Below are positions 46,124-58,993 of a DNA stretch of 64,000 nucleotides, in pieces. The stretch comes from the human T2T-CHM13v2.0 reference genome, Homo sapiens. Both the position numbers and the translations under genes were made by a program. The notes beneath the pieces are model-generated. The model was not told the DNA's origin, did not search any database, and saw nothing but the letters and a program-made list of their open reading frames with translations. The stretch lies in assembly GCF_009914755.1 (NCBI RefSeq), contig NC_060925.1. One strand, written 5' to 3'. Within the stretch, counting starts at the first letter, position 1, and every line of letters begins with the position of its first letter.

Positions 46124-47294
46124 GTGAGTTTGGATAAACGTCATTTTAAAGGAAGGGGAAAAGAACTGGGCAGATAGAAATGGCACCTCTTTCTCAGGAT
46201 CATAGGGTTTCTTAGCACCCCTGCCACCTGTCCTATATCTCTGTATTGTACAGCAGAAATCCCCAGCCCAGGTTCTTCCTTATTACCCTGGCCATAGTAC
46301 ACATAATGGATGTATCCTCTGGGGAGGCTTTGTGAGGATTCTCGAATATCCAAAAGTTTGTGAATTAGAACTAAAGGGTAGCTTTGTATCATGGCACATG
46401 GGAAATGAAGCTCAGAAGTGCTGAGGATTCAGCCTCAGAGACAAGGCAACGTGGCATCATCGCACAAACATGGGCCTGGCCTCAGGTGGGCTTTCAAATT
46501 CCATTCTTCCACTTGAGGTGTTGTCCTTGGTAAGTTATTTAATGGTGTTAATTCTCCATTTGGTCACCTGTAAAATGGGATAGTAAATCTTTCAGATTAT
46601 TAGGATTAACTAGATAACATATATGACCTGTCATTATCTAGTTAATCTAGGATTACCTAGATATTATAAAATCTATGATAACACATGACCGGCATACCAT
46701 TCAGTTATAATTACTGTTTTTATTTCATTTATTAAATGTATTTTACCTTTGTTGTTATCATTGTTATTATTACTAACATCAGCATCACCGTCATCCTGAT
46801 GCCTAAGTTACCCATAACAGGATGTTGAGTAAAGTACTGAACCTTCACAGGATTCAATTTCCTGACCTATAAAATAGAATCTGGAAAATATAACAGAAAA
46901 TACAACATTTTCCTCAAGGCAGTTGTGAAGATTAAATGCAATAATAATAAAACATCTAGAACAATGCCTGACTAACAGTATATTTTTAGTAAAAGCACAA
47001 TCTTTTTCTTTTCCTCCTCCATGTTCTTACTTTTCCTTTTCTCTATATCCTCCCCTTTCTCCTTCCTTGACAGAAGAAAATTGAAGAAGTAGCTAATTAT
47101 TAGCCAGACAGACACCATTGCCATTTGAGATATTATATTTATGTTTTGTTAGCTAGGAACTCTTACAAATACGGATTTTTTTTAAAACTCACGTGTAAAA
47201 AGTAACAAGCCTATAGAGAAGGTGTTTTCTAGAAACTAGGTAGACATTCTCTTTCTATAAGGAAGAAATAAGCCAACTGCCATTATGTCTCAAT

Positions 47295-47441
47295 TTTTAT
47301 TTTTAAAGAGACAGGGCCTGTCTCACCCCGGCCGGAGTGCAGTGGTGTGATCATAGTTCACTGCAGCCTCGACCTCCTGGCCTCAAGCAGTCCTCCCACC
47401 TTTGCCTCCTAAAGTGCAGTTGTGGGCCACCATCCCCAGCC
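47295..47441 (-). mobile_element. Alu monomer or AluJ fragment
   Basis: Reverse-complement Alu arm. Confidence 0.75.
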
Positions 47442-49597
47442 TTGCTTTTTTTAATCACTCCTATTACTGTCAGGGACTACAGATGTATATAGAATGGAAA
47501 CTCCCACTTTTAGATAAGGTTATTTCCCTTTTTAGTGAAAATATGAAGTCCTGAATGCAAGTTACCTTTTATGCATGTAGCTTACATTACTGAGTGCCAG
47601 CCAAGCATTGTGCCAGGCAGTGATGAGTGAGGCTCACCTCCTACCCTCAGTAAGCGTAAGTCTGATAAGAGAAAGACAAATCAGTAATTCCCGTTAATAC
47701 TGTGTGAAAGGGACAAAGGATGACGTAGAGATCCAGTTTTTCACAAACTCAGATCATATAGCCAAATTCTCTTACTGATAGTGGTATCAGGTAGAGTGGA
47801 ACTCCCTCCTAAATCCAGAGAGCTACCCTGAATGCTTTAAACCAAATCACATGTAGAACTTTGGCCACCTGTTGCCTGATACCATCCAAATTTTGCTCCT
47901 TGGGGCCTGTGTTATGAATCCTGTGCAGTGGATTTCAGTGATTGGTTTGCAGATCTATTGAATTCCTCTACTAGAGTGTGTCTGTCTTTTCATCTTTGTG
48001 TTTTCAGTCCCTAGAATTATTGAGTGCCACATCCTCTGACTCCATGACATGAGGCTTGATTCTAGGGAAACCCATGTTTATGTGGCTCTAATTCAAAACC
48101 TACACAGATTAAAATATCAGTTACTGAACATATTTCTTTTTAAAAAGTAAATCTATGTGCTTTAGGTTAAAGTACAGAGAGTGATTGAGGATTTTGTCAA
48201 TATAACAGGAGCTTAGCCTACTTTATTTGCCATAATGGGATCAAGAGTCTTCTGTCCCAGTTGATAATTGAAAAGTAAGATTGTGTTTCTTTTTTAAGAC
48301 TTTGTTCTCAACCTGTCCAGAGGAGAATAGAAATTTGAAGCGAGCAGGCATCTCAGTCACAGAGTATTTCTGTTGTACTTTACTGATCTATGAAAATGGC
48401 TTTAATCCTAGACTAAAGCTCAGGGGACTGTGGTGGGCAGATTGTGACCTCTGTCTCCATGCTGGTCCTCACAGCCTGCTCCTGCCGCTTACAACCTATT
48501 TATCCTGGGAGACCTGGGAAAAACCTTCTCCAAAATGCATTTCTAAAACCTCCTTAAATACATGTTATTTTTAAACATTTTAAAACAGATAGCATTCTAA
48601 ATGTGAACTGCTTAAAAAATGCTTTTGAGACCAAAATAGAGACCCGTTGCATGACTTTTCAGATGCTTTTTCAGTGATGTATCCACTTCTTCCTATCAAG
48701 TGATGCATTTAGTTGGCCTATGCAACCATAGCAACTCAATAATACCTCAAGTGGACATCATATGCAATTCTCTGTGTAGAAGCTCATTCTTTGTAGAAGC
48801 CTTCAGGAGTTTTAAATCCCTTTCCTGGGGGTTTCTAGAAGAATGGCTTTCTGATAGGCTGATAGACATCAAGCGCAGGAAAAAACAAAATCAAGATAAA
48901 GATAAACAATCCATCTTTTTGTTTAGAGTTTTCTTTAGAGCCATAGGATTGTGAAATTGTTGGGGATCGTAAAGATCATTTTATCTCACCTCCCCCCGCC
49001 CCCAACCCCAGCCATCTGATGCATGGAGAGTCTCATTCCAAGACGTGGCACAACTTACCAAACCCAGCAGGGAAGCCAGGAGGAGAAACCAGGTGTCTCG
49101 ATCTCGGGGCCATGCATTGACCCACCTCTCTTTCTACATTTTCCTCCTGTGTGCTTTGCCCTTTCCCTAATTATCCTATTGTTGTTGTTGTTTTTAATGG
49201 CCTGTTACCTAAGTACGGTCTTTATATTTTGAAAAGGTTGTTTTTTATAAAAAAACAACAACAAAAATTATGCACTAGAGACTGTGTAGCCCACAAAGCC
49301 TGAAATATTTCCTGTCTGACCCCTTACATAAAAATTTAGGAACTCCTGGCCCGAATGACTGGAAATACATTCCTTTGGAAACTTAATTTCTCCTTCAGCT
49401 GCTTGAAGTTCTGTATGTTCAGATACTGTACCTTTCTAAATTTTTTCCCCTTGTTTTCACCTTTTTTTAAAGGATGCATTAATGGGGTATAGTAATAATA
49501 CCTTTTAAGCATTCCTTTATCCATAGTCTCTTTTGATCTAACATTTCCTAGAAATCAGTAAAGCAGTTAATGCTGTGTCCTTTAAACAGATGTGTGA

Positions 49598-49766
49598 GCC
49601 AGACACAGTGGCTCATCCCCATAGTCCCAGCTACTTGAGAGACTGAGGAGGGAGGATCACTTGAGCCCAGGCAGTTGAGGCCACCATGAGCTATGATCGC
49701 ACCACTGCATTCCAACCTGGGTGACAGAGTGAGACCTCATCTCGAAATATTAAAATTAAAAAAATT
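49598..49766 (+). mobile_element. Free Alu monomer (FAM/FRAM-like)
   Basis: Single ~150-bp arm plus A-rich tail between perfect TSDs aacagatgtgtga at 49585 and 49767. Confidence 0.85.
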
Positions 49767-50249
49767 AACAGATGTGTGAACCAAGGCTCAGAGTAGTTAT
49801 ATCCATTGTCACCTGTACAATACAAAAGGGGTACAGCTGGACTATTAAGTACAGTTTTTAGATTCATTGTCCATTGATCTTTCAAGTTCAGCTGAATCTA
49901 ACTGCTTCACAAAATAGAAAAATGTATTTAGTGTTGCTGATGTTTTGCACTGATCTGGAAGGTCTTATCTTTTTAGGTGAAAAAGTAGTGGAAAACATAG
50001 AAATTGCCTCCTTTTAAATTAACTGCGCTATCTGAGCTGCCAAAGGACGCTCTTTCCCTCCCACTCTAACTCATTTATTAGGCTGTCTGCAAAGGCAATG
50101 CTTGATTACTGGACCACATGGGAAACTTTTCTTCCAAACAAAATTGAGACAGCTGATAGAAGCCTTCATGATTCACCGGAGCACAGTTCCAGTCTTTGTC
50201 CAATTCCTTCTCTGCTGGTCTTTAGATTTATTTTGTTTTTAACCCATAG

Positions 50250-50399
50250 GTTTGATAATGACTGTGAGTAAACCCTGTTATTTTGGAAACCTACTTCTGG
50301 GAATTGTAGGTGTGGACGTGAATCTGGCTTACATTCTTGAAGACGTGACGTATTACCAAGACTCTTTGGCTTCCTATACTTTTCTCATAGACGACAAAG
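50250..50399 (+). CDS. CACHD1: CACHD1 exon (150 nt): GLIMTVSKPCYFGNLLLGIVGVDVNLAYILEDVTYYQDSLASYTFLIDDK, Cache domain
   Basis: Acceptor ccatag|GT and donor AAG|gtaatc. LLGxVGxDV and Y-x-F-x-I-D are dCache motifs. Confidence 0.95.
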
Positions 50400-50672
50400 G
50401 TAATCTGCTAAATGTTCATCCTAAGAATACTTTTTTAGAAACCTAAAGAAAATAAGGTATAGATATTCTACAAACAAAATAGGAAAATGATAGTGTAAAG
50501 AAGAGCATTGTGACTAAGATTGCTCATTTGTAGTAGAACACCGTAAAGATGGCAGAGTGGATCTCCAAATTACACATGTGTTTCTCTGTTCTTTGAGGGG
50601 TAGGGAACGGTTATTTGTAACATCAGGAAATTAGACTGGAGGATTGAATGACACATAGAATGTCATCCTTTG

Positions 50673-51499
50673 ACCTGAACAGATAACTTTTCTAAAGAAG
50701 AAATAATGCAGCCAACAAGCCTATGAAAACAATCGCAGTATCCCTGATCATTAGAGAAATGCAAATCCAAACCACAATGAGATGCCATCCTACACCTGTC
50801 AGAATGCCTATTATTAAAAAGTCAAAAAATAGCAGATGCTGGCAAGGTTGCAGAGAAAAGGGTACACTTGAATACTCTTAGTGGGAATGTAAATTAGGTC
50901 AGCCATTGTGGAAAGCAGTGTGATGATTCCTCAAAGAGATGAAAACAGAACTACCATTTGACCCAGCAATCCCATTACTGGGTGTATATATGTACCCAAA
51001 GGAATGTCAATCGTTCTCTCATAAAGACACCTGTATGTTCATTGCAGTGCTATTCACAATAGCCAAGACATGGAATCACCCTAAATGCCCCTCAGTGGTA
51101 GACTGGATAAAGAAAATGTGGTACATATGGAATACTATGCAGCCATAAATAAAGAATGAGATCATGTCCTTTGCAGAAACACAGATGGAGCTGGAGGCCA
51201 TTATCCTTAGCAAACTAACTCAGGAACAGATACTGCATGTTCTCACTTATAAGTGGGAGCTAAATGATGAGAACACATGGACACAAAGAGGAGGACAACA
51301 GATACTGAGGCTACCTAAGGGTGGAAAGCGGGACGAGGGAGAGGAGCAGAAAAAATAACTATTGGGTGCTATGCTTAGTACCTGGGTCACAAAATAATCT
51401 GTACAACAAACCCCCGTGACACAAGCTTACCTATATAATAAACCTGCACATGTACCCCTGAAGTTAAAAGAAGTTAAAAAAAAAAAAAAAAAAAAAAGA
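50673..51499 (+). mobile_element. 5'-truncated primate L1 (older L1PA-like): ORF2 C-terminus, 3'UTR and poly(A)
   Basis: ORF 50939..51148 (ELPFDPAIPLLG...MFIAVLFTIAKTWNHPKCPS...WIKKMWYI) matches the ORF2p C-terminus. 16-bp TSD agaatgtcatcctttg at 50657 and 51500. Confidence 0.93.
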
Positions 51500-51846
51500 A
51501 GAATGTCATCCTTTGGATCTTTTTTTTATTAAATTGTTATCTTAGATTTATTGGCATTAAGATTTATGTGGTAGATTAGAATGTTTTATAAAACAACAAA
51601 ACAACCAATACCTCCAAAATACTCTTGATGAGACAGATGTTTGATAATTTAAGACATCTTTCTACGCCTCAAGAGTTTTATGTAAGCACATATAAAACAG
51701 GTTCAGTTTTTACTGGACTGGTGAGTTGCAGAATGAGAAGTTGAGTATCGGGCAGCCAGCCCAGAGTACCCCATATTTCAAAACAGTGATTCAGAACTTC
51801 CTACAACATGTTTCTTATTAACATGCATTTTGTTTTCTTATTGCAG

Positions 51847-51970
51847 GATATACACTTATGCACCCATCTCTTACCAGGCCATATTTATTGTCAGAGCCCC
51901 CACTTCATACTGACATCATACATTATGAAAATATTCCAAAATTTGAATTAGTTCGGCAAAATATCCTAAG
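51847..51970 (+). CDS. CACHD1: CACHD1 exon (124 nt): [42 protein letters not shown]
   Basis: Acceptor ttgcag|GA and donor AAG|gtaagg. GYxxxHP Cache motif. Absent from the ORF track. Confidence 0.94.
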
Positions 51971-52774
51971 GTAAGGAAAAGGTGAGGGTCATAGGATTGT
52001 TTTTCCCTGAGAATGGGACCCATCAAAGCCACATACGAGTATTTACTACAGAGTATAAAACAAGTGTATAAATTATTTTAATGTTATCAAAAGTATTCTC
52101 AGTAATGTTTCCGTAAGAATAGCACCCAAGATTTTGCTTACTTTGTATCACAGATAAGGTGTCTTAGAACTATTATTTGACGATAATGTCTTGTAAATCA
52201 AATTTTATGTTCACATTGACTTTCATTGTAAAATCAGATATATTTCATCTCATTTTCAAAAAAAGTTCCAATGATACCAAATTGAAAAATGTTGGCAAAA
52301 TAAAAGGCTAAGTTGAGGACCAGCTTTGTTGCATTTGCCAAAAAATAGCCTGGCAAAGTAGCGTCCATTCCAAGTTGACAGCACAATCTTATACATTGTT
52401 TTTTCTTCAAATAAAAAACAGATTGGATCTTTTCCAACTGTGATACATTATTTTGGCAGATGGTAACCTGTAGAGGAATGGGTCTTTGTGCTCATTGGTT
52501 GAAAATTAATGACTGAGTGATTTGAGACAAGTTAGTCTCTGGAAAGAATTAGAGTTGGGGAGCAAGGATGGAGAGTAAGGGATGTTTTTAATGCAGAGCT
52601 GACATAATGCTTTTACGCAATTGAAAATCTCACATTATCCTTTCAAAACTGATGAGCTTCTTTGGTATTCGAAATCAGGAGGTGGCCATTGACTCAACAG
52701 CTTCTTCCTTGCCTTTAATTAAGTGCTTAATTTTATCTTTTGCCTGAAATATTTAATTCTGTTTGCCAACACAG

Positions 52775-52892
52775 CCTCCCTCTGGGCAGCCAGATTATCG
52801 CAGTCCCTGTGAACTCATCCCTGTCTTGGCACATAAACAAGCTGAGAGAAACTGGAAAGGAAGCCTACAATGTTAGCTATGCCTGGAAGATG
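52775..52892 (+). CDS. CACHD1: CACHD1 exon (118 nt): SLPLGSQIIAVPVNSSLSWHINKLRETGKEAYNVSYAWKM
   Basis: Acceptor acacag|C and donor ATG|gtgagt. Within ORF 52740..53009. Confidence 0.93.
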
Positions 52893-53156
52893 GTGAGTGA
52901 GAGGAAGTTGTGTTTGCTTGAAGAGCTACAGGGTACAGTGCTCTTCTTCATGTTGGAATTCTCAGCCAGGGGGTGGCACTTGGGTCTGATAATTTGTCTC
53001 GTAATGTGACTAATCAGTTTTTAAAGTGATTGGGAAAGAAGACATTCCACAGGTGTTGTATAATTATTTTTCCTTTTTTGTTTATAAAACTGATAATTGT
53101 TCATGATGAATTCATCAAACCATATAAAAGGATGTAAAGTAGAAAGTAAACTATGC

Positions 53157-53310
53157 CCAGCCTGGACAACATAACAAAATCCCATCTCTATAAAAAAATG
53201 TAAAAATTAGCCAGACGTGGTGACACATGCTTGTATTCCCAGCTACTCAGGAGGCTGAGGTGGGAGGATTGCTTAAGCCTGAGAGGTTGAAGCTGCAGTG
53301 AGCCATGCTA
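53157..53310 (+). mobile_element. AluJ internal fragment
   Basis: ccagcctggacaacataac...gctgcagtgagccatg. Confidence 0.8.
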
Positions 53311-56300
53311 GCACCAAAACTATCTACTTCCTTCCTTCCTTTGACTTTTCATTCCCCATAAGTAGCCACTTAAATCAATTTCCAGAAAATGTGTATATAC
53401 AGGCAGGTATATATATTTGTGTGTGTGTGTATACGCTCACCCACGGCTTTAATGGCTATATAGGATTGCATTGTGTAGATAACCCAAATTTCTTTAAACA
53501 GTCCCCTATTAATGCACATTTAGATTACATCCAGTTGGTTTTTTTCAGTTCAACTCAGATTGTGGAGGTTGGGAGTTTAAAAGGAGACATGAAAGCATAA
53601 GTACCTTCCGACATTCTCTAAGGAAAAGAAAATTTTAGATTAGAAATTGGATTATTCATGTTCAACACAAGCAGATGGATAGTTTGGCCATAACTTGTGG
53701 CACCCATTTCTGCTTTCTCTTACCAGATTCTTTCAGACACCAGGCTTCAAAGAATCATAGAGAAAGCGTATCTAACACACACTGTTCATGTTACCTGTGT
53801 TTCTCTTCTCTCCTCTTCCTTCCCAATGTAGCATAGCAGTGCTGTTGAAGGACCCTAAATACTATAACTGACCAAAAGGGGAGTAGAGTTTTACTTTTAT
53901 CATCAAATTTTAATCGCTGAACATAAAATGCAGTCATACATGAGATTTTTCTTGGATGGACAAATCAGATGTTTAACCTGTTGACTCCAAATAGATCCAT
54001 TTAATCATCCCTTTACAAACTACTTATTGAACATTTTCTGTGTACTAAGAAGGATAAAGAAGATTGACACTCTCTCTGCCTTCATAGAGCATCGAGCCTA
54101 GTGGTGGATGCAGACAAACAGCAACTCGATACAGTGTCTGTGCCTGTATCAGTTGGATCAGGAAAGATAGGAATTGGGAGTAGCCAGAATGCCTTTAGGC
54201 AGGAGTCTCTTCCAACCTTCTTGTTTGGTTCTTAAAATATCATTATGGCAATAGCAATTACTAAAATGCAAATGAAGCAAACAAATTAATAAATGAAACT
54301 ATTTGAGAAACTTATGTTTACAAGCCTAATTCTACTGGTAGTTTGTTGTTTGGTAATACACATTTGAGGAAGGTCAAAGCCTATTTTGAAATTCTCTTAG
54401 CTGACTTATTTTCAGATTTTTCTTTAGAATGATAGCACCATCTGCCCTTATATTTATATCATTTTTAAAGATAAATTATTTAATTTTCATATCAGAAAGG
54501 GTGAGCCGGCCACCAAAATTCTCAATTAGAAAACAGACTTTTGTGTTTGAAATTAGAGATTGTTTACCTCCAACATATTCTGATTGAAAGCAACTCAGTT
54601 ACATCCTGGGAAAATATCTGCATGGTTGCTGGCATTAAAAGGGAAAGAAGGAAATGTAGGCATTTGTCTGACCTTCTTGATACAGTAAAGAGCCTCAATG
54701 TTAGTGGGGTTTTTTTCAACGATGCTAGTAAATTCTGGTTATTCTTCTTAGGCAAATTCGAGGTAGTAATCAGGTAGTCACTTCAGGTAGCAGTGTTAGC
54801 TTTCTCTGAGTTCTAAAATTGTTGAGCAGATCCCTGTAAGTGAAAACTTAAGGAGATAATAAATAATGAGATTGGAGACTTAAAAAAAAAAAGGCTAGGC
54901 TGGTTACCCAGTAATAAGGGCAAATATTTTTAAGATCTCTTTAGTTACTTTGTTGGGGAGGAGGGTAGATACTTATCTTGTCCTAAAAAATAAAATGGTT
55001 TCTTCTAATATAATCCAAATAGAGTTAGCTTATCCTAAGGACAATTGCCTAAACTGCTTAGCACTCATAGATATAGCAGATATTGAGGGATTATTTCACT
55101 GAATTAATTTAAATATAACTTGAGAGATTATGTTAGCAGCATTAAGAGATTACTCCATCACTGTGTAACCCAAGTGCATTTTTTAGCACTTTAGGAGGCT
55201 GTTTGCTCTGATAGAAGTACTGACTATTAGAAGGTATTCACATGTTCCCATGTTACACAGGCCTGCTTCACTTCAAAACATGGATCCCATGTTATAATCA
55301 GTGAAAAAAACCCACTCCCAACCCATAGAGAGCCCTTCTAGAAATAGAGTTCCTTTTAATGTAGAGACTATTTTTTTCAGCTAAGAACATGACAGAAAGA
55401 CCTATATTGAAATCTGCTTTCCTAAGAACTGTTTATAAAGTGCTACTTTTAGAAGCTTACGGTAACTTTATTTTTCTCTTACAGAATAGACCCAATTATA
55501 AAATTATTTTCTAGTCATTCTGGTAGGGTTTTGTCTTTTGGTTCCTTGGAACACACAACATAGGAAAACAAACTTAAAAGATGACTGTGAGATTGAAAAG
55601 AGAGAAAATAGTAAATGCCACTTCAGAGCACCTTGTCAATTTATAATTTGGGGAATGGAGGAAAAGGATTAAATTTGTTAATCTAATTGAATATCTTTGC
55701 CAGCAGTACTTGAAAGCAATTCCAGGAAGATGCAAATTGCTTCTGTGTTTAAGAGTCTACAACCATCCTCACAAATCCTAAATTTCACTTAACTCTAACC
55801 TGCCTAGTTAAAATTTTATCCTTCATCTTTTACTTTTATTTCACTAAGTAAGTCACATGAGCTGCTTTATAAGGCACCGTTCTTTAGTTCTGATTTCGCT
55901 AGTCATCAACTTCTTCATTTATTTATAAACCATCTTTAAATAGGTTCAGTCTTTCTTCTAATAGGATAATAATCGAGAAATTTCTTTTACTTTTAAGTCT
56001 TTCTCAAGTGGCTAGAACTAGGTAGATTGGCTTTTGATTCTGTGGTGGACATTGTCCCCACTAAATTTTGTTGAAGCATCCATTTCTAGGCACAAAGTGA
56101 ATCTGAAAATACTACTGTTTCTACATATGAGCTTAATAAGTTAGACTTAAGCTATGGCATACTTGCCTACCATGGTCTGCAATGACAAATCAGGCTGACT
56201 CTGCAGGGATGCCATAGGATTTGTGTTTTTCATGAGTTTAAGTAGTGATGTTGGTCATTTCCAACCAGGAGAAGAGAAAGCATTCGTTGGAATAGAATGA

Positions 56301-56793
56301 ATGAACTGGATTCTGTATTGGCTGCTCCTCAGTCCTTTCTTTTAAAGTGAGAATTCACTACTGGCTTGAAAAATAGTCAATTCTCAGAACACTTATTGCA
56401 AAACCAATTATGTATTTTTAAGTGCATTTCAAATCCAAATAGAAATAAGTGTTATATTATTATGTCCTGTTCTAGCTTGTGCTCATTAACCCACATTAGC
56501 AAAAAAAGACTAGGGTCACAGTTTCAAAGGGACTCCTTTCTTATCCTTTCGTTAGCCCCATGATTTTCTGTTACATACTTCAGGTCTCCTCAACAAGAAA
56601 AGAAAACAGAAAATACAAAATTAGATACCTTCTATCACCCTATCCTCATGTCTTCATTCATTCATCCCATATTTAATGAATACCTTCCACGTGAAGATAG
56701 AAGGTAGAGGCAGTAGAAAATAATGTATGCAAAGTCCCTGTCCCCATGGAACCCTCATTTTCTAGGTCAGAAATTCTTTATTGATTTTTACAG

Positions 56794-56962
56794 GTACAAG
56801 ACACTTCCTTTATTCTGTGTATTGTGGTGATACAACCAGAAATACCTGTGAAACAACTGAAGAACCTCAACACTGTTCCCAGCAGCAAGCTGCTGTACCA
56901 CCGGCTGGATCTCCTTGGCCAGCCCAGTGCTTGCCTCCACTTCAAACAGCTGGCAACCCTAG
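56794..56962 (+). CDS. CACHD1: CACHD1 exon (169 nt): VQDTSFILCIVVIQPEIPVKQLKNLNTVPSSKLLYHRLDLLGQPSACLHFKQLATL
   Basis: Acceptor ttttacag|GTA and donor TAG|gtaaag. Phase 0->1. The ORF-track entry 56781..56966 is in a different frame. Confidence 0.93.
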
Positions 56963-58399
56963 GTAAAGCCCTTACACTTCCTTCACATTCTTACTCTTAG
57001 CAGCTCACTGTAAATATCCTTTTGAATACCATCCACCCCACCCCTCCAAAAAAGATACTGAATGCCTGCAGAGTCAGCTGGTTTGGGGATACAAATATGA
57101 AAACGATTTGAAGCCTGGCCTCAAATCAGATCGTCTAGCAGACTCTGAGACAAGGTTTCGTGTGCTCGCAATTTATATAGGATGGGCTTTGAGAAACCAG
57201 TGAAGAAGTGAGAAAAACAGGACAAGGAAGGCAAAAAAGACAAGTTTGATGTTGAGTGAAGTTTTAAGTTCAGCCTGGTCTTCTAGGGGGTCTCTGGAGT
57301 GTAAATTACACCAATAGAGTTTGCCCAGACTCTAAAGAGAGCTCAACTTTCACATTTCTTAGTCACTTTCAACTTTCTTCTAGTGCTAGGTACAGAGTTT
57401 TCAGTAGCCCTAAGTCCATAGAGAGAGGCACAGATACAGCCCATTAAAGGTAAACATGTAAGTATGGGGATATTGAGGTGGGGTGGGGTAGAATAACAGT
57501 AAAAGGCCTCCAAAGGAATCTATGTAGCATATCAGCAGTAATCTACCACAGATTCCTATCTTCAAAAGGGCTTAGGAATTCGAAGATAATTCAAAGGAAG
57601 CAAAAAGGAATTTACATTTATTACGTACCAGATGTTTTTTATTTTTCACCTGAGTTGACATGTGATTGATTTGGGTTTACCAAAGATAATTTTCCCCCAG
57701 ATAACATAAAATATAGCAAAGCTGAGATTTGACCCATGCACCTCTGCTCTGCCATGTGCCAGACACATACTAGGCATTCGTGGTCTATGTTGTCACCAAA
57801 CCACAGTATACTGACAGTACAGTAAAACAGGTATTCTCTTTTTCACTGTTGAAAAGACTTAGGGTTCAAAGCAGTTAATAACGAAGAATCATCACACAAC
57901 TGGCCAACTGAGAAGAAGGGGAACAGATGGGAATAAAATCAAGGCTAGAAGTCTGCAGTCTCTAGATTCCAAATGATAGCACTCGTGTTTGTGTTCCTCT
58001 CTTAAATTCCATCCTCGAGAGTTCTGCCTGGACATGAGATCAGAAGAGCAGGCTGGACTAAGTGGTCTCTTCTGGGATACCTCCCAGCAGTGTTGACAAT
58101 TTGGATAGAGCCAGTGATGTTGATCCAAGAAGGCAGGATTTTATATTTCTTTGTTTTGATTTGGTCTTTGGGGTTTTGTTTGTTTTTATACAAAAAAGTA
58201 TGTTTAAAAATTTCATATTTTTAAGAAATGCTTTACTGAAACACTGATGTGTAGAAGCCTCTTTTAAGTTCTGTGTGAGCAAGCTACTGCTGGTGAAAAT
58301 TAGGTCACTGTTTTGAAATTTGAGACAATAAATTACAATAGTTTTCTTGATGAAAAAGAAGCTCAAGCCTAGATTTTTTATTTCCTTTGCATATCTCCC

Positions 58400-58993
58400 A
58401 TAGCTACAGTTTCCAATATGGCAGCCACTAGCCACGTGTAGCTATTGGGCACTTTAAATATGGCTCATCCAAATTGAGGTGTATGGTAAGTGTGAAGTTC
58501 ATACTTAATTTTTATATTGATAACATGTTAAAATTATAATGCTATTGTGGATATACTGGATTCCATAAGCATATTATAAAAATTACTTTAATACTACTTT
58601 TTGCTTTGCTTTTTTTTTTTTATTTATTTTTACTTTGACAGGGAGTTTTGCTCTTGTCACCCAGAATGGAGTACAGTGGCACGATCTTGGCTCACTGCCA
58701 CCTCCGTCTCCTGGGTTCAGGTGATTCTTCTGCCTCAGCTGCCTGATTAGCTGGGATTACAGTTGCGCACCACCACGCCCGGCTAATTTTTGTATTTTTA
58801 GTAAAGATGGAGTTTCACCATGTTGGCCAGGCTGGTCTTGACTCCTGACCTCAGGTGATCCTCCCGCCTTGGCCTCCCAAAGTGCTGGGATTACAGGCGC
58901 CACTGTGCCCAGCCACTTTTTGCTTTTCTTAATGTGGCTACTGGAAAATTTTAAATTACATCTGTGGATCGCATTGCATTTCAGTTGGACAGC
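58400..58993. mobile_element. MER33/MER3-like hAT element interrupted by AluS(-) at 58609-58914
   Basis: ccaatatggcagccactagccacgtgtagctatt...aatgtggctactggaaaattttaaattaca...ttggacagc. Alu TSD actttttgcttt. Confidence 0.8.

Noticed and set aside
56787-56800. AG|GT exon starts as recursive splice sites (also at 50250)
   Set aside because: GTACAA and GTTTGA are poor donor matches and are explained by codon constraints.
56781-56966. ORF-track peptide MIFTGTRH...
   Set aside because: Wrong frame. The real exon reads VQDTSFILC...
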